NCBI GenBank assembly: GCA_051047955.1
Contig: JBPGPT010000019.1
Span: 186,001 to 250,000, forward strand
Length of the DNA: 64,000 nucleotides
Source of the DNA: Cystobasidiomycetes sp. EMM_F5
Taxonomy: Eukaryota
Direction of reading: 5' to 3'
Both the position numbers and the translations under genes were made by a program. The notes under the pieces are model-generated. The model ran no database searches. It was not told the DNA's origin and saw nothing but the letters and a program-made list of their open reading frames with translations. Positions 1 through 12,678 of the stretch are shown in pieces. The stretch's first letter is position 1; every line of letters begins with the position of its first letter.

Positions 1-1887
1 CGAAGCAAACACAATGGTCCGCATTGGCTTCCAGTCTTTCTTGAGGAGTACGCCGAAGCCCCTGAGGATCTCGTATATGGAAGCTGTTCCTGCGTTTGGA
101 TCCGAAGCGCCAAAGACCTTGATATACCCTTCTCAATCCGCTGCGCTACATTTGTTCTGAGATAGAAATGTGACTCACCCAAGCATCACGGTGGTTTCCA
201 ACAATTACGACTTCATCCTCGACATGACCAGGAATGACGGCGTACGTATTCCAGATGGGCGTGATGCTCTCTGAAATGTCGTTGGTCATTGTCAAGTCGC
301 CTTCGGATGGACCAGAGCAGTACGAAACGCCAAGGTATTTGAGGCCGCCCGCCCATTCTTCAATACACGGACCGCGTCCATTCAAGGCCTTCAAGAGGGG
401 TACTGCATCCTCGTACGACAGCGGTAGAGACGGAATGTCTGTCCGGGAAGCTTGTTCAGAAAGACGCTAAGAATGGTGCATGAAGGATGTACGCTCACGG
501 GGAACATTCGTAGGCACTTCCCGCTTTGCATTCTTGTAAGATGGCTTGTTGGGTGTGGTAGGATCACCGACCAACTGCGAGAGGAATTGCACAGAACCAC
601 GCTGTAACGACGATGGTTGTCTAGCCGGTCCTTCAGGATACTCTTTGTATCCGTTCTCTGCAGTGACTGGCATTTCTCGAATCAGCATCCAGTCTGGTCT
701 GTCCTCAAGAACACTGCGCTCACTCCCGTTGTCTTCACTCGGATCACTGTAAATGATCACACCAGCCGCACCCGCCTCTTGTGCCGCTTTCACTTTAAGA
801 CCACGAAAATTACCACCATATCTGACCATTACAATTTTTCCAGTCACGTCCACTCCGGCTTGCTTGAGACGGGCAAAGTCTTCACGCATACCGAACTATC
901 TTGTCGGCATAGTCAGCTGAATCTTATCATATTTTAACTGGTAGCAGATGTATAGACGTACGTGAGCATAAACGAGCTGCCCGACAGCTGTACCGCCTTT
1001 ACTGTATCCATGGAAGGGAGGAACGTCTTCGTTGCCATGGATCGACGTGGGATCTTCCGGGATTGCATCCTCCTTCAACTTTGCTTTATAGACCAGCTCG
1101 CCCCGTGCATCTGTCAATTCAACAGCGGTCTTACTCTCGTTGAGAGCAGCTGGCTTGCTGGAAGCATCGCAAGCACACAAGTCAGTCCTGCCTGCTGCTG
1201 CTAATTTTAGGAACAGATGACCATACTTTAGCAGCACGTAATAAGTATCAGTCCAAACTCGAATGCCATCGTATCGCGGACCGTGTCTCGAGGTGCGACC
1301 GTACAGAGCCTTCTTGCTTTGCTTTGATCCGGCGTCGTAGACGTCCGAATGCCGTCCAGACTCCTCTTGGCCGAGCAGCTGTTCCCACTGCTTCTTTACG
1401 AGAAGAGCCAGTTCATAATCACCAGATGATCCTGCTCTATGCGAATAGGCAGTGTAGCTGCAAAAGTGTGTGGGAGTATTGAGTATTTCTGTATCTTACC
1501 GTCTTTAGCGTACTGCGCTCACCTGCGACTGGCTGCTAGAGCGCTTTCATTGCTTGGAATTTGAAGAAACGCAGCTTCGACCTGGTCTTGTTTTAGATGA
1601 CTGCTGTGCTTGTGCTTGTGGGCGAGGACGTATGATCCACGTCCACGATGATTGTGCCGGCAGTTTGCCCACTCCGGGACGTCCAAGAATGAAGAAGTCC
1701 AGCTGGCTAGTCCTGAACTGCGAGCGACGACGAGTACGGCTGCACCAGCGAGCAGCCATCTTGCGCCCTTTGAATATCGGGACTGCGATGGCTTTCGGAC
1801 TTCAACGCCGTCACTGCCCGCTTTCTCATTCTCACGACTGCCAGCATCCAGCAAGGGCAGCTTCAGGCCATTCTGCATGCTCTTCAT
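1..1887 (-). CDS. Glutamate carboxypeptidase II / transferrin-receptor-like M28 peptidase with PA domain (Tre1/Vps70-like); multi-exon, 3' end outside the window
   Basis: N-terminal TM segment; PA motif GKIVMVRYGGNFRGLKVKAAQEAGAAGVIIYSDP; QRGSVQFLS..GDPTTP; VVIVGNHRDAW; GASDPNAGTASIYEILRGFG. First ATG at 1887. Confidence 0.92.
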
Positions 1888-2193
1888 GGTCTGCACAGTC
1901 AGTAAGAATACAAGCCATAATGTGGATCAATTGCAATACAGAATATATATTCGGCAACGGCGATCCGGCAAACGGAGACCAAAGTCGAGAACATATAGTA
2001 AAGGCGACATGCAGTAAATTGGCACAACTGATCCTAGGAAACAAGTTCTGCACAGCGACATTGGAGATGGAGAGCACAGACAACACTTCACAGACAGGAT
2101 GTAGAGAAGAATAAACAGGGATAGATGGATACGGAAAAAGGAGAAAGGAAAAGAGAGTGCATCGACAGAGAAAATAGAGTAACAACCGTCGAG

Positions 2194-5100
2194 CTAGACG
2201 CCATTGATGATGCGAATTTCTGGAATGAGCGGTCCTCCGATCCCGTTATTCCCCTCGACGAGCGTGCCATTTCCATCAATCTGCACAGTAATCGCACCAT
2301 CTCCGTTCGCAGCTTGCTGTCCGGGGTTGCCCGCTCCCATCAATGTGCCATTATTGGGTGGTTGTTGGCTGGAAGCGCTAGCTGGCAGAGGAGGGTTATC
2401 CTGCCTTGCAGAGCACCAGTACCGATGTCCCGCTTGCCACGCTCGTTTCTGACATCCCTTTGAACAATACTTTGCTTTCCGGCACCGTCGACATTTTGCA
2501 AACTCGCGGGGAAAACGTTCCCATACGCCGCATCCCATATTGGCACACTGACGGAGTCCACCGCGCAACTCGTCCTTGCGACATGCGTTGCGCATAATGA
2601 CACCTGCCCAGTATTGGATATCCGTAGGCAAACGCATTCCCCTCTCGTGCGAATTGGACGGTCGGAAAGTAAATTGCTCCACCAGCGAGAAGACGTTGTT
2701 GTCGGTACTTCGTGGAGGTCGAGCAGGTTCGGCTGCTGGTTTTCGATCTTTGGCGGGTAATGCAGCTTGTGCTTTTGCATGAGCCAGCTCATCGTCGTCA
2801 TCATCGCACGATGCATTCGGCGTAGTCCCTGGCAGTGATAGCCTCGTCATGCCGTCGCTCCCTTCCGCAGGAACAACAGTCGACCTCCGCGAACCGCTTG
2901 CGCGGGACGAAGATCCTTCTCTAGAAGAACGGCGTCTATGTGCATGTCCACGATGTCGATGTGCACCCGTCTGAACAGGAGCATTGGCAACCGCAGCGAC
3001 AGTAGCGGGATTAACCATCATGGACGTATTGGCTTCGTCGTCATCATCGTCGTCGTGCATATCGTCATCGTTGTCATCATCATCTGCGTGCTGACCTTCG
3101 AGATGCGGATTGGCAGATCCGGACGAAGAAGCACGCGCCGGACAAGGATCACCATTCTCGCCGCACCTTCGCCTCTTTGGAACATGCGCACACGAGTCTG
3201 CCATACTCGCGTTGGAAGCAGGCAGAGGCGGAGGGACGGGTCGATGTTCCTCGTTCTCCGGATCATGAAAGACTGCCCGTACGTGCGGGTATTTTGAAAG
3301 ATACGCGAGCAGATGAAGACAGTGTAAAATGTCATCGTCCTTGAAGAGATGGTCTGATGGCGGAGGACCGTGGTAGACGCTCGAAGCACTCGCAGACGAT
3401 ACAATGGTAGCCGATGCCGCTGCACCTCTCTCGATAGCCGCCGTATCTGGTGAGTTTTGGGGAGCAGAAATCGTCCCAGCCTGTTGTGTGGCTGTCAAAG
3501 GCCTTGGAATGCGATGACCATGCTCAATGGTAGGTCGAACAGGTTGATGCGGCTGAAAGTGCTGTCGATGTTGCAGTTGATGTTGATGCTGAGTGACAGT
3601 CAGATCCCGGGTAATCGAGACTGGAGTCATATCTGCCAGAGTATTCAGTGCAGCGGGTTCCTCGACCGTTTGCGTCTGAGAATACTGGACATCGTCCATC
3701 TCCATCGAGACATCTCCATCTCCCGCTCCGTCATCCTCATTCATCGAGCTCTGTCGACTTCTCGACGGTAGTGACGCACTGCTTTCATTCACCGCCTCCG
3801 GCAACACTCTCGACAGCCCCAAACTAGAACGTCTTGCTCGCGAACTAGCTCTACTCGATCCAGCCGAAGGAGCCACCAATTCTTGATCCGTATCCTCCAT
3901 GGCATCATCCTCGTCGTTGCCAGACGAGGAAACAGAAGATGCTGCTCGTCCAGCTCGAATACTGCCTACTCTGGTATTACCTGGTCGATGCTCGCACACG
4001 TCGTCGGAGAGACCAACTGCAAGTCTATCGTTGGTTGCATCGATATCCGAGGCGACATCCTCGGTTCCACTGCACATTGCATCGATATCGGCTCCCGACT
4101 CCTCGTCGAGCGAGAGGACGGTATCTGGTGTGTTTGTGCGTTGAATGGAGGAGGCGGGAAGTCGCGATGCCGAAGGAGGGAGGGTCGAGGGTTGTGATGG
4201 AACAAGAGCGTGTATAGCATGTGCAGAGGATGAAGGAGAAGGCATGCGCGAGGGAGGAGCCGATACTGAAAGGCCATTGAGCGATGTCGCAGGTGCACGG
4301 TTGTTGGAGGAATACGACGCATCGATGCGCATTGCAGCGTCTTGCAACAGGACTTGGGAGAGTGGTAGTGGGAGAGGGTGAGCAAGGGGCGTGGGAGTAG
4401 CAGACGACAAGGCCGTCTCGTACAGCGTGACTGCCTTTGACGAAGTGACGCTCATCAGTCTCCTCTCTCGCTCTTTCTGCCTTGCAGCTAAAAAGGCCGT
4501 CAGGATCCTCGCTACAATCACCAGCACCCCAGACTCGACTACTCTGGTACGAATCTGCTCGGACCCTCTCACACCGACATTGACTAGACACTGTAGAGCG
4601 TAGCCGTATGTGTTGAGCAGAGCGGGCAAATCAACCCACGATGCGGCGTTGGCGGCAGAAGCGGTGATAGTCAACCCTCCAGATGGAGATGGAGTGTGCG
4701 ACATGTAGGCCGAAAAGGGCTTGAAGGGCACATTGCGTGGCTTTTGCCGTGTCTTTGTGACGGACGTGACGGCTAATTGAGGAAACGAAGAGCAGATGTG
4801 CACGATCGAATAGAGAGCGAGGTGGAGTGCAGAACGAAAAGCGGGGGTTGGAAACAGTGTGAAAAGATGAAGAAGCGGATAGGGTAACAGAGAACAGTAT
4901 TTAAAACAAGTAAAAGAGAATAGAATGAGACAGGGTGGATATATCGAAGACCAGGAGACAGGAGAAGAGAGAAGAAAGGAGAGAGAGAAGTAACGAGGAG
5001 ATAGGAGCAGAGAAAGGGAAGAGAAAGACGAAGGGAGGAAAGATGATGCAAGAACGGGAGAGAAAGAAACGATGAATATAATGCAGAAAAGTGAAGAGAA

Positions 5101-5965
5101 AGACGAAGGGGGAAAGATGATGCAAGAAGGGGAGAGAAAGAAACGATGAATGTAATGCAGAAAAGTGAAGAGAAAGACGAAGGGGGAAAGATGATGCAAG
5201 AATGGGAGAGAAAGAACGATGAATATAATGCAGAAGAGTGAAGAGAAAGACGAATGGAGGAAAGATGATGCAAGAAGGGGAGAGAAAGAAACGATGAATA
5301 TAATGCATAAGAGTGAAGAGAAAGACGAAGGGAGGAAAGATGATGCAAGAAGGGGAGAGAAAGAAACGATGAATATAATGCAGAAGAGTGAAGAATGTCC
5401 AGCTCACCACCAGATATCCTTGCATTTACATCCACTACCCTCGTCTGCGACTCGGGTAGCGTCGCCTCGGATAGCGTCTGCGGGAATGCCAAATCCAAGC
5501 ACCCCGCCACAATCCTAATCAACCTCTCCAGCCCCCCATCTACCGTCAATATCTCTCTGATCCTCGGAGACGTCGATGTCAGGTATGCCAGATGCTGGAG
5601 GGAGCTTGTGAGTGGCAGGGTTGCCAGTGGACTGTCGATGGCTGTAGATGTATAGACGAGTCAGTGTGGTGCAGAATGAGGAGGACGACGAAGAGCAGAG
5701 AGGAGGAGGAGGAGAGAGGGTGCATGCAGTATATTCCGTTTGAGTGCACCCGAGGTGCGTCATACCACTCAAAGTGGGAGCACCAAAGGTGCTGGAATGC
5801 AGTAAAAGTGCAGTCTCCCTCCTCGCTCCAATTGCTCTCTTGCTCGCTTCGCTCGCTCGCTCGCTCGCTCGCTCGTCACGACTCACCTCTCCTATCATAC
5901 AGCTGACTAGATATCACGACACAGGCCCTGTTTTGAATTGGAAACGACAGACTCGACTCGCGCAT
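2194..5965 (-). CDS. samB: MYND-type zinc finger protein samB/Mub1; introns 5642-5886 and 4773-5407
   Basis: Exon 1 MRESSLSFPIQNRACVVISSQLYDRRA; LAYLTSTSPRIREILTVDGGLERL; QCLVNVGVRGSEQIRTRVVE; C-terminal CANMGC..FAKCRRCRKAKYCSKGCQKRAWQAGHRYWC. Splice phases join correctly. Confidence 0.95.
5018..5394. repeat. Purine-rich minisatellite, about 5 copies of a 73-75 bp unit, inside samB intron 2
   Basis: GAGAAAGACG recurs at 5021, 5096, 5170, 5243 and 5318, each followed by ..GGAAAGATGATGCAAGAA.GGGAGAGAAAGAAACGATGAATATAATGCAG. Confidence 0.97.
5842..5875. repeat. (GCTC)n microsatellite in samB intron 1
   Basis: gctcgcttcgctcgctcgctcgctcgctcgctcg read directly. Confidence 0.9.
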
Positions 5966-6748
5966 GGTTGCGTAGCCTCAAGAGAATAGTGTATAAAGTG
6001 ACGAGTGATACAGAGTGTCGCCAGTCACCAGGCCGTCGTAATTGCCCAATTGCCAAATTGTCGGTGGCTGCGAGTGCGCCTCTCCCGCTTGTGATTGGTC
6101 AGACGGGGCGAGTGAGAGTATGACTTGGTGAGTGACGAGTGCGAGTGCCGTGTATGCAGTGAGAGTGTGTATACCTCCACCCAATCTGGCAATGTCGATA
6201 TCCTAAACACCCCCCGAATGGCCGCGTACCGGTATGGGTGGTGGATGGATTGAGCGAGATGAACGGGGAGGGCGAGGGAGGGTGAGTGTTGGAGGAGTGT
6301 CGCAGTTGTCGACGTGAGTGATGCACTCTCTCCACTACACCACTACCCAGTGCTGCATGGCTGCATCCATCATCATCATCATCCTCATCATCCTGACTGT
6401 CGAATAACGAGGTGGATGGGGGATGGAAAATGGTGGCGAGGGGTGGATGGATGGTCGATTGCTGAGTCAGCGGGCAGTAATTATGCGATGGAGTAGTTAT
6501 ATTAGCAGAGGAGTAGTATCAACGCAATGACTAATATCGCGAGTCTTATACATTCACACATTCATACATTCATTTATTACTCACTTGCTAACACCGCGTC
6601 ACTCTCGCCACTCATACTGATACACTCATATTCTCTTGGCAGTGCACTCGCTAATCAATGCAGTCGTGATTATTATAAATGAACCCTGCAGACTCCCTCC
6701 CTCCCACTGCACTCTCTGCACTCACACCCCACCAACGACAACAACTGA

Positions 6749-9034
6749 ATGAGCAGAGGTGGAGACTTGTACATGCACTCTTCCATTCCCGCACCCACTG
6801 ACTTGTCGTACTCGCCCAGCTGCTACATCCCACAATGATGACGTCCTGACTCGAGCAGGCACCCTCCGTCATCCCTCCTCGCAAGAGGGCGGGGCGGAGG
6901 GTGTCGTAGTTGACGATATCCCCACACACGGCACTCGAATGGTCAATATCAATGGCCCTTCTGACAACGCCACTGCCAAGGATACTCTGGCAGATGTCAC
7001 TACAGCCAACCACACCGACACGGTCATTGGCCTAGTCCCCCCAAAGAACTCGGTCCTCTCGAGAGACTATGCAACAACCACTCCCGTCATTAAACGATTG
7101 GTAACGGGATTCCAGTTCAAGAGATCAAGCACCGAGCCTGGTCCATCCAAGGCGACCTCGTTCAACGTTGTAGACCTCGAAAAGGGCACGACGACATCCA
7201 CTCCGCACAATGCAAGCGCAACTGCAAACGCAAACGCAAACGCCGGTGGAGCACTCTCGGCAGCAAACAGAGCGAGCGCACTGGCAAACCTACTCGAGCC
7301 GCAAAAGAAGCTAAAGCCTCCGCCGACGTGGAAGACGTCGGGGCTGAATATAGTCAGGTATTCGTGGTTGAATGTTTTGTTGCTCTTGTAGGTCGCTCGA
7401 TATAAGAAGAGTGGAGTATGGGAAGCTGACCATGTTGAATTTGTCCTACTACTCGTCCACTCTTGTATACATGTTGGACTTGCCCTCCTACTCGTCCACT
7501 CTTGTGTGTCTGTCTTGCTGTGGCTCCTACTCATCCACTCTTGTGCGTCTGCCTTGCTGTGTCTCTCCTGTCTTGCTCTGTCCCTCCTGTCTTGCTCCTT
7601 CTTCCTACTTCGCTCTGCGTCGTACAACCTCCTTATTGCTTGCATTTCTTGAATTTACAGGATCCCCGCGTCATTCGCATGCGCAAATGCCCACGTAGGC
7701 TCAACAGCTACGTTCTGCGTCAGCTTTGGTGCCATCATTCCATTGGCTGCGTTATTGGGGTTCGCGACCGAAGAATTGGCGATTCGTGTCGGGCATGTAA
7801 GCTCTTTTGGCAGTGGTTACGATTGAGCGTCGACTGATTGTAAACGCCCTCAGACACTCGGCGGCCTGATGAATGCCACACTGGGCAACACTGTCGAATT
7901 AATCATTGCCATTCTTGCACTCGTCAAGGGCGAACTACGCATAGTGCAAGCCTCAATGATTGGCTCCATCCTTTCAAACTGTCTGCTCGTACTAGGTTGC
8001 TGCTTCTTTGCCGGCGGTATCCGATTCCACGAGCAAGTCTACACTATCCGTGCAGCACAGCTCAACTCCGGTCTACTCGGAATGTCGGCTTTGGTCATTG
8101 TCATTCCTGCCGCGTACAACCTTGCCATTCAGAATCTAAATTCTGGAGCAAATGCGGCAAACACCGAGGCTTCTACAGATAATGACATCCTACAGATCTC
8201 CCGAGGTGTCGCCATCATTCTTCTGTTTGTGTATGGCTCGTTCCTGTTTTTCCAGTTCTGGACACACGCCTACCTATACGCAGCAAATCGACAACACGTA
8301 CGACGGTCCAAGAACATGCGAGCAAGGTCAGGTGAAGAGGATGAGCCTCTGCCACCCGAAGACGTCAGTGTCCTCCGTGTGGCAAACATGACGTGGAGAA
8401 CGCGTAGCCACTCCTCTTCTTCGGGAGACGACGACACATCATCCATCTCTACTGCATCAGATGACGACGACGAGAAAGGCGTGGAGACACCAAAACTCAA
8501 AGTTCAAGCTGCCATTGTCCTCATCCTATGCGTCACGGCACTTACAGGCGTCGTAGCGGAGTACCTTGTAGAGAGTATAGACGGACTCGTACAGACTGGA
8601 AACATTTCAAGAGAGTTTGTCGCACTCATTCTGCTTCCCCTTGTCGGAAATGCAGCAGAACACGTATCGGCAGTAACAGTCTCTGTCAAGGATAAACTGG
8701 ACCTCTCCATCTCCATCGCAGTCGGATCGTCCATCCAAATTGCTCTCTTTGTTCTCCCACTCCTCATCCTCCTCGGTTGGTGTATCGGACAGCCGCTCTC
8801 CCTAGAGTTCGACGTCCTCGAAACGATTGTGCTGTTCATCTCGATAGTCATTGTCAATCAAGCCGTTGGAGACGGCCGCAGTAACTGGCTCGAGGGGCTC
8901 ACTCTCATGATTACCTACCTCGTCATCGCCGTTTCCTTCTTCTACTATGTGAGATCCGTTTTTTCGCGGGGTGGTACCGATAAATACTGATAATCTATTC
9001 TAATGCGCAGCCTGGAGCTGGGTCTATCGCCTGA
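6749..9034 (+). CDS. VCX1: Vacuolar Ca2+/H+ exchanger (CAX/Vcx1 family); introns about 6759-6819, 7388-7660, 7797-7853 and 8949-9010
   Basis: AIIPLAALLGFATEELAIRVG; LMNATLGNTVELIIAILAL; GSILSNCLLVLG; LLPLVGNAAEH; IAVGSSIQIALF; DGRSNWLEG. The start exon (ATG 6749, unusual GTGGAG donor) is tentative. Confidence 0.93.
7444..7600. repeat. Degenerate 39-bp tandem repeat (about 3 copies plus fragments) in a VCX1 intron
   Basis: CTACTC(G/A)TCCACTCTTGT recurs at about 7449, 7488 and 7527, followed by repeats of CTCCTGTCTTGCTC. Confidence 0.85.
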
Positions 9035-9585
9035 ATAGACATTTTCGCAGGTGTAGGAGCGCAGCTGCAGTACCAGTGCGCGCTTGAACGGAATGGGTGG
9101 AAATCAAATAATCAAAAATAAACATGAAATGAGCGGGACAGCAGAAGCTGAATCGTGAAGATTTGTGAGAAGGACGTATTTCGCGACTGAGCCGAGAGAA
9201 ACACGAATCGCTTGATGGCAACGCTTGATACTCTTTCTTCAACGCACAATGGCAGATTTTGCCGATGGCGCCGCTTTGAGCTTTCTCGAAACACGCTAGA
9301 GTTGTTTGCATCGCCTTTGCGTCTTTCTGTAATTGCATTGCGAGTTACCCAAGCTGTTGTTTTGGTCAAAGGCGAGACGTCCTTGCCATGCGGCAGCCAC
9401 TTGAAAAAGGTGCCGCCTGGCTTGCCATCCTTGCAATTCACCTTGAACTCTGCAGACACTGCCTGCGATAGAACAGGACTGCCTGGTAAACCGAAACAAC
9501 GGAAAGGTAACTTGGCCATACATTCACCAGGCCAGACGGCAGCTCATACGGATTGTCTCGAATTTTGGGTGCAGCATAGCCCAGC

Positions 9586-11724
9586 ATGGCGCCCAAGAAA
9601 GCAAAGAAAGTCGCTCTAGGAGCATTCCTGGCAGACGAGAGTCAGTGGCATAGGCCTCATCATATTGCCCGCTCCTGCTAACTTGGATTCCCTAATGACC
9701 CTTCACTACGAATATTCACATGTAAATCTATTTTGTCAATGAAACCCTGCCCTTCAACCACACGCAGCAACCGGAACGAACTGGGCAGATGACGCAGATG
9801 ACTTTATGCCTACCGCTCGTATGTCGATTGCTTCAACGGCGCTAGAGGAGGGAATTGGCTAAATAATGGTCGTCCGATCTTTGTGACAATTGCAGCCGGC
9901 CAAGTCGACGCCCTGCTTGGTCTGGGTGCGAGCAGGAGGCCCGGTGCCACGAGTGGTCCATATGGAGGACGAAATGGTAAGCCTCAACCTTCATGCATTT
10001 TCGTGCGTCATGTAAAGTGCTGCAATGGGCAGATTCCATGGGTGGGATGCAGGACCGAGACAGTCGACCGCCCCGTCCAGACGTTCCCTTTCCAACACAA
10101 CCGCCCTATACGGCATACCTTGGAAACATGTCGTTTGAGAGCAACCAAGACGACGTCCGCGACTTCTTCGGAGCGGAAAATCTCACAACGTCAAATATTC
10201 GAATGGTCAATGGATATGATGGAAAGCCAAAGGGCTTCTGCTACGTCGAGTTTCCAGAAGCAGACATGCTCAGACATGCTCTTACACTGTCTGGATCGCA
10301 ACTGGGCGGAAGGACCGTTCGCGTGAGCGTTGCTGAAGCCCGTACGTGTATAACACGCTCTCGTAAATAATATTAATAGCTGACCACATCTGTCGTTTAG
10401 CTCGTGGTGAGTCTGCAGGAAGATCAGACGGCGACTGGACTCGATCCGGCCCTCTGGCCGCTTTGCCAGGCAGATCAGGATCCGCTGGTGGATTCCGCCA
10501 GTCGTCCAGCACCGACCGATTTGCTACATCTTCCGCACCTCCCTCCGACTCTGGACGTGATTGGGGCGATGCCCGGGGATCCAAATTTGCTCCTTCTCAA
10601 CCTGCTTCGCCAGCACTAGGATCTGGTCGTTCGACTTTTGGCGACCGTAGAGAGCCTGTAAGCGCGAGGATGGGAGGCGGGTTCGGAGCTGGTAGTAGAG
10701 ACAGAGAGGCAAGCGCAGGTAGTTCTATGGGTACTGGCTCGTCAGCTTCTCCATACACTGATGACGGAAGAGACTGGAATGCTATGCGTGGAAGCAAGTT
10801 TACACCAAGCCAACCACCTACTCCGTCTACCTCGTCTGGACCCGAGAGACGACCATTCGACCGCAAACCAAGTGATACTGAAGGTGCTCGTGACTGGAGA
10901 GCTCGTCCTGCACCATCATCCCGTAAGCCATCTTCAAGCCGTAAATCTTTCTATCCGGCTAGAGCTTCTGACTGACGCATTCTCTTCATGTAGCTGCTGC
11001 TACTACACCAGACTCCGCCACTCCAACTGCCACTCCTGCACCTGCCGCACCTACTGAGCGCAAAAAGCTACAACTGACAGCTCGGACTGCATCTGGCGAT
11101 GCGACCGAAGCATCCAGCCCAGCCGCACCCTCTTCGCGATCCAACATCTTTGGCGGAGCTGCACCCGTCGACACTGCTGCCAAGGAGGCAGAGATCAGCG
11201 CGAGGCTAGTCAAGGAACGTGAAGCGGCAGAACAACAGCGTTTAGCCGAAGCGGAAGCAAGAAAGGCAGCTGCCGCTGAAAAGCCAGCTGTAAACCCGTT
11301 CGGATCCGCTAAGCCAGTTGATGTGACGGAGAAGGAGAAGGAGGTCGAAGAGAAGCTTGCAAAAGACAAGGAGGAGCTGAACAAGCGTATGCAAGAAACC
11401 AAGGTTTCTGAAAGTAATGGTGCTGCCGCTCCTGCACCCGCCGCAGCGCAACAGCCGGCTCGCGAATGGCGCAGACCGGTCAACAACGCCAATGGCCATG
11501 GAGGAGCACCGCAGCCGCCGAGAAGGGACGTGCCAGGCGATCGTCCTACATCCACGCAGGAGTCCGTCAAACCTGTCAGCACGCCAAAGCAATTTTCAAA
11601 AGATCAAGCTATCCGAAAAGAGGGTTTCTCATACTCCAACATTGCTGGCAAGAAACAAGCCGCTGCCGCAAATCCTGAGCCGTCCCCATCTGCTGTAGAT
11701 GCTTCTTCTTCTCCTGCTTCATAG
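9586..11724 (+). CDS. TIF3: Translation initiation factor eIF4B (RRM plus low-complexity repeats); multi-exon
   Basis: MAPKKAKKVALGAFLADE..NWADD; RRM PPYTAYLGNMSF..KPKGFCYVEF; ERKKLQLTAR; SNIFGGAAPVDT; VNPFGSAKPVDV. Confidence 0.9.
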
Positions 11725-11984
11725 ATGGGAGTCGGTCTGCAAAAGAGCGCTCATCACCTTTCTATGGCCACATCTCCATCTTCTTGCAGACAGCTTATCG
11801 TAATGGTAGTTTAGTCGCGTTGTCATTTTTCCTGTACTCTTGCAAATGCGCTTGTCTGAATTCGGAGCTCATTAGATCGCGTTTGCAAAACGGGTTGCAT
11901 ATAGTTATGAAATGGCACGGTCTGCCTGCTCCCCATCTCCTGCAAAGACTTTCTCCAACTACACAGGTTATCCATCCGACTACA

Positions 11985-12506
11985 ATGAGCAGTCAAGTGC
12001 GTATCGCTCCACCATCCGCCAGCATGCAGACTTCCTCACCATTGTTGCGCTCGCAGACAACATCGGCCGAACAGAACAGCGCTGCTCCAGGGCGCGACTG
12101 GAGTCATCCATCTAGCCCACACGATGGCTTATCAAACATGCCAGCCAATGCGCCGCAGAGCACGCTGGATCCCAAAAGATTTGGTGCCCCTTCCGACCTG
12201 GATGATGTCAGAAGTACGAGAAGCTCGACACAAACGCAGTCCGAACAAGCGGAGCAAGAGTCCGCGAATCCAGGGAAGGAATGGAAGCAACCTCAAAGTC
12301 AACATGCTGGCCTTACAGATTCTCAAGCGACAGCTCCACAATCTCTTCTCGCGAAAGCCGCCTCTGGTCAAGACACCTCTTTAGACGAACAACAAGCGAT
12401 AAAGTCCAGCGCAAACCCTGGCAAAGAATGGAGTCATCCCAGTAACCCTGGCGATGGTTTATCAAACGCGAATCCTAATTCTCCTGCGTCGTTGTTAGAT
12501 ACTTAA
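11985..12506 (+). CDS. Hypothetical intronless 173-aa protein with three internal repeats
   Basis: ATG at 11985; three copies of PG[RK][DE]WxxP..GL...P.S.L, a protein-level pattern that supports coding status. Confidence 0.7.
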   Translation: MSSQVRIAPPSASMQTSSPLLRSQTTSAEQNSAAPGRDWSHPSSPHDGLSNMPANAPQSTLDPKRFGAPSDLDDVRSTRSSTQTQSEQAEQESANPGKEWKQPQSQHAGLTDSQATAPQSLLAKAASGQDTSLDEQQAIKSSANPGKEWSHPSNPGDGLSNANPNSPASLLDT

Positions 12507-12678
12507 AAGTAACCTTGTTGTGTGATAGACGATGTTGACTAGCTAAATTAACGAAGGGAATAGTATCATACTAATCCTTGCTATACCTCGTTTACATATG
12601 GTGTCCGTTTGACAGATGCGATTATTGTGTTGTGCCACCCGACATATCTCCACTTCTGAAACCTGCTTGCTCGCAAAC

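Noticed and set aside
5018..5394. Possible CRISPR-like array
   Set aside because: The units are contiguous with no unique spacers, there are no cas genes, and the context is a eukaryotic intron.
4773..5518. Hydrophobic or repetitive ORFs (258, 174 and 99 aa) and the first ~140 aa of the 1001-aa ORF
   Set aside because: They are translations of the intronic minisatellite; flanking GT-AG sites join the samB exons in frame without them.
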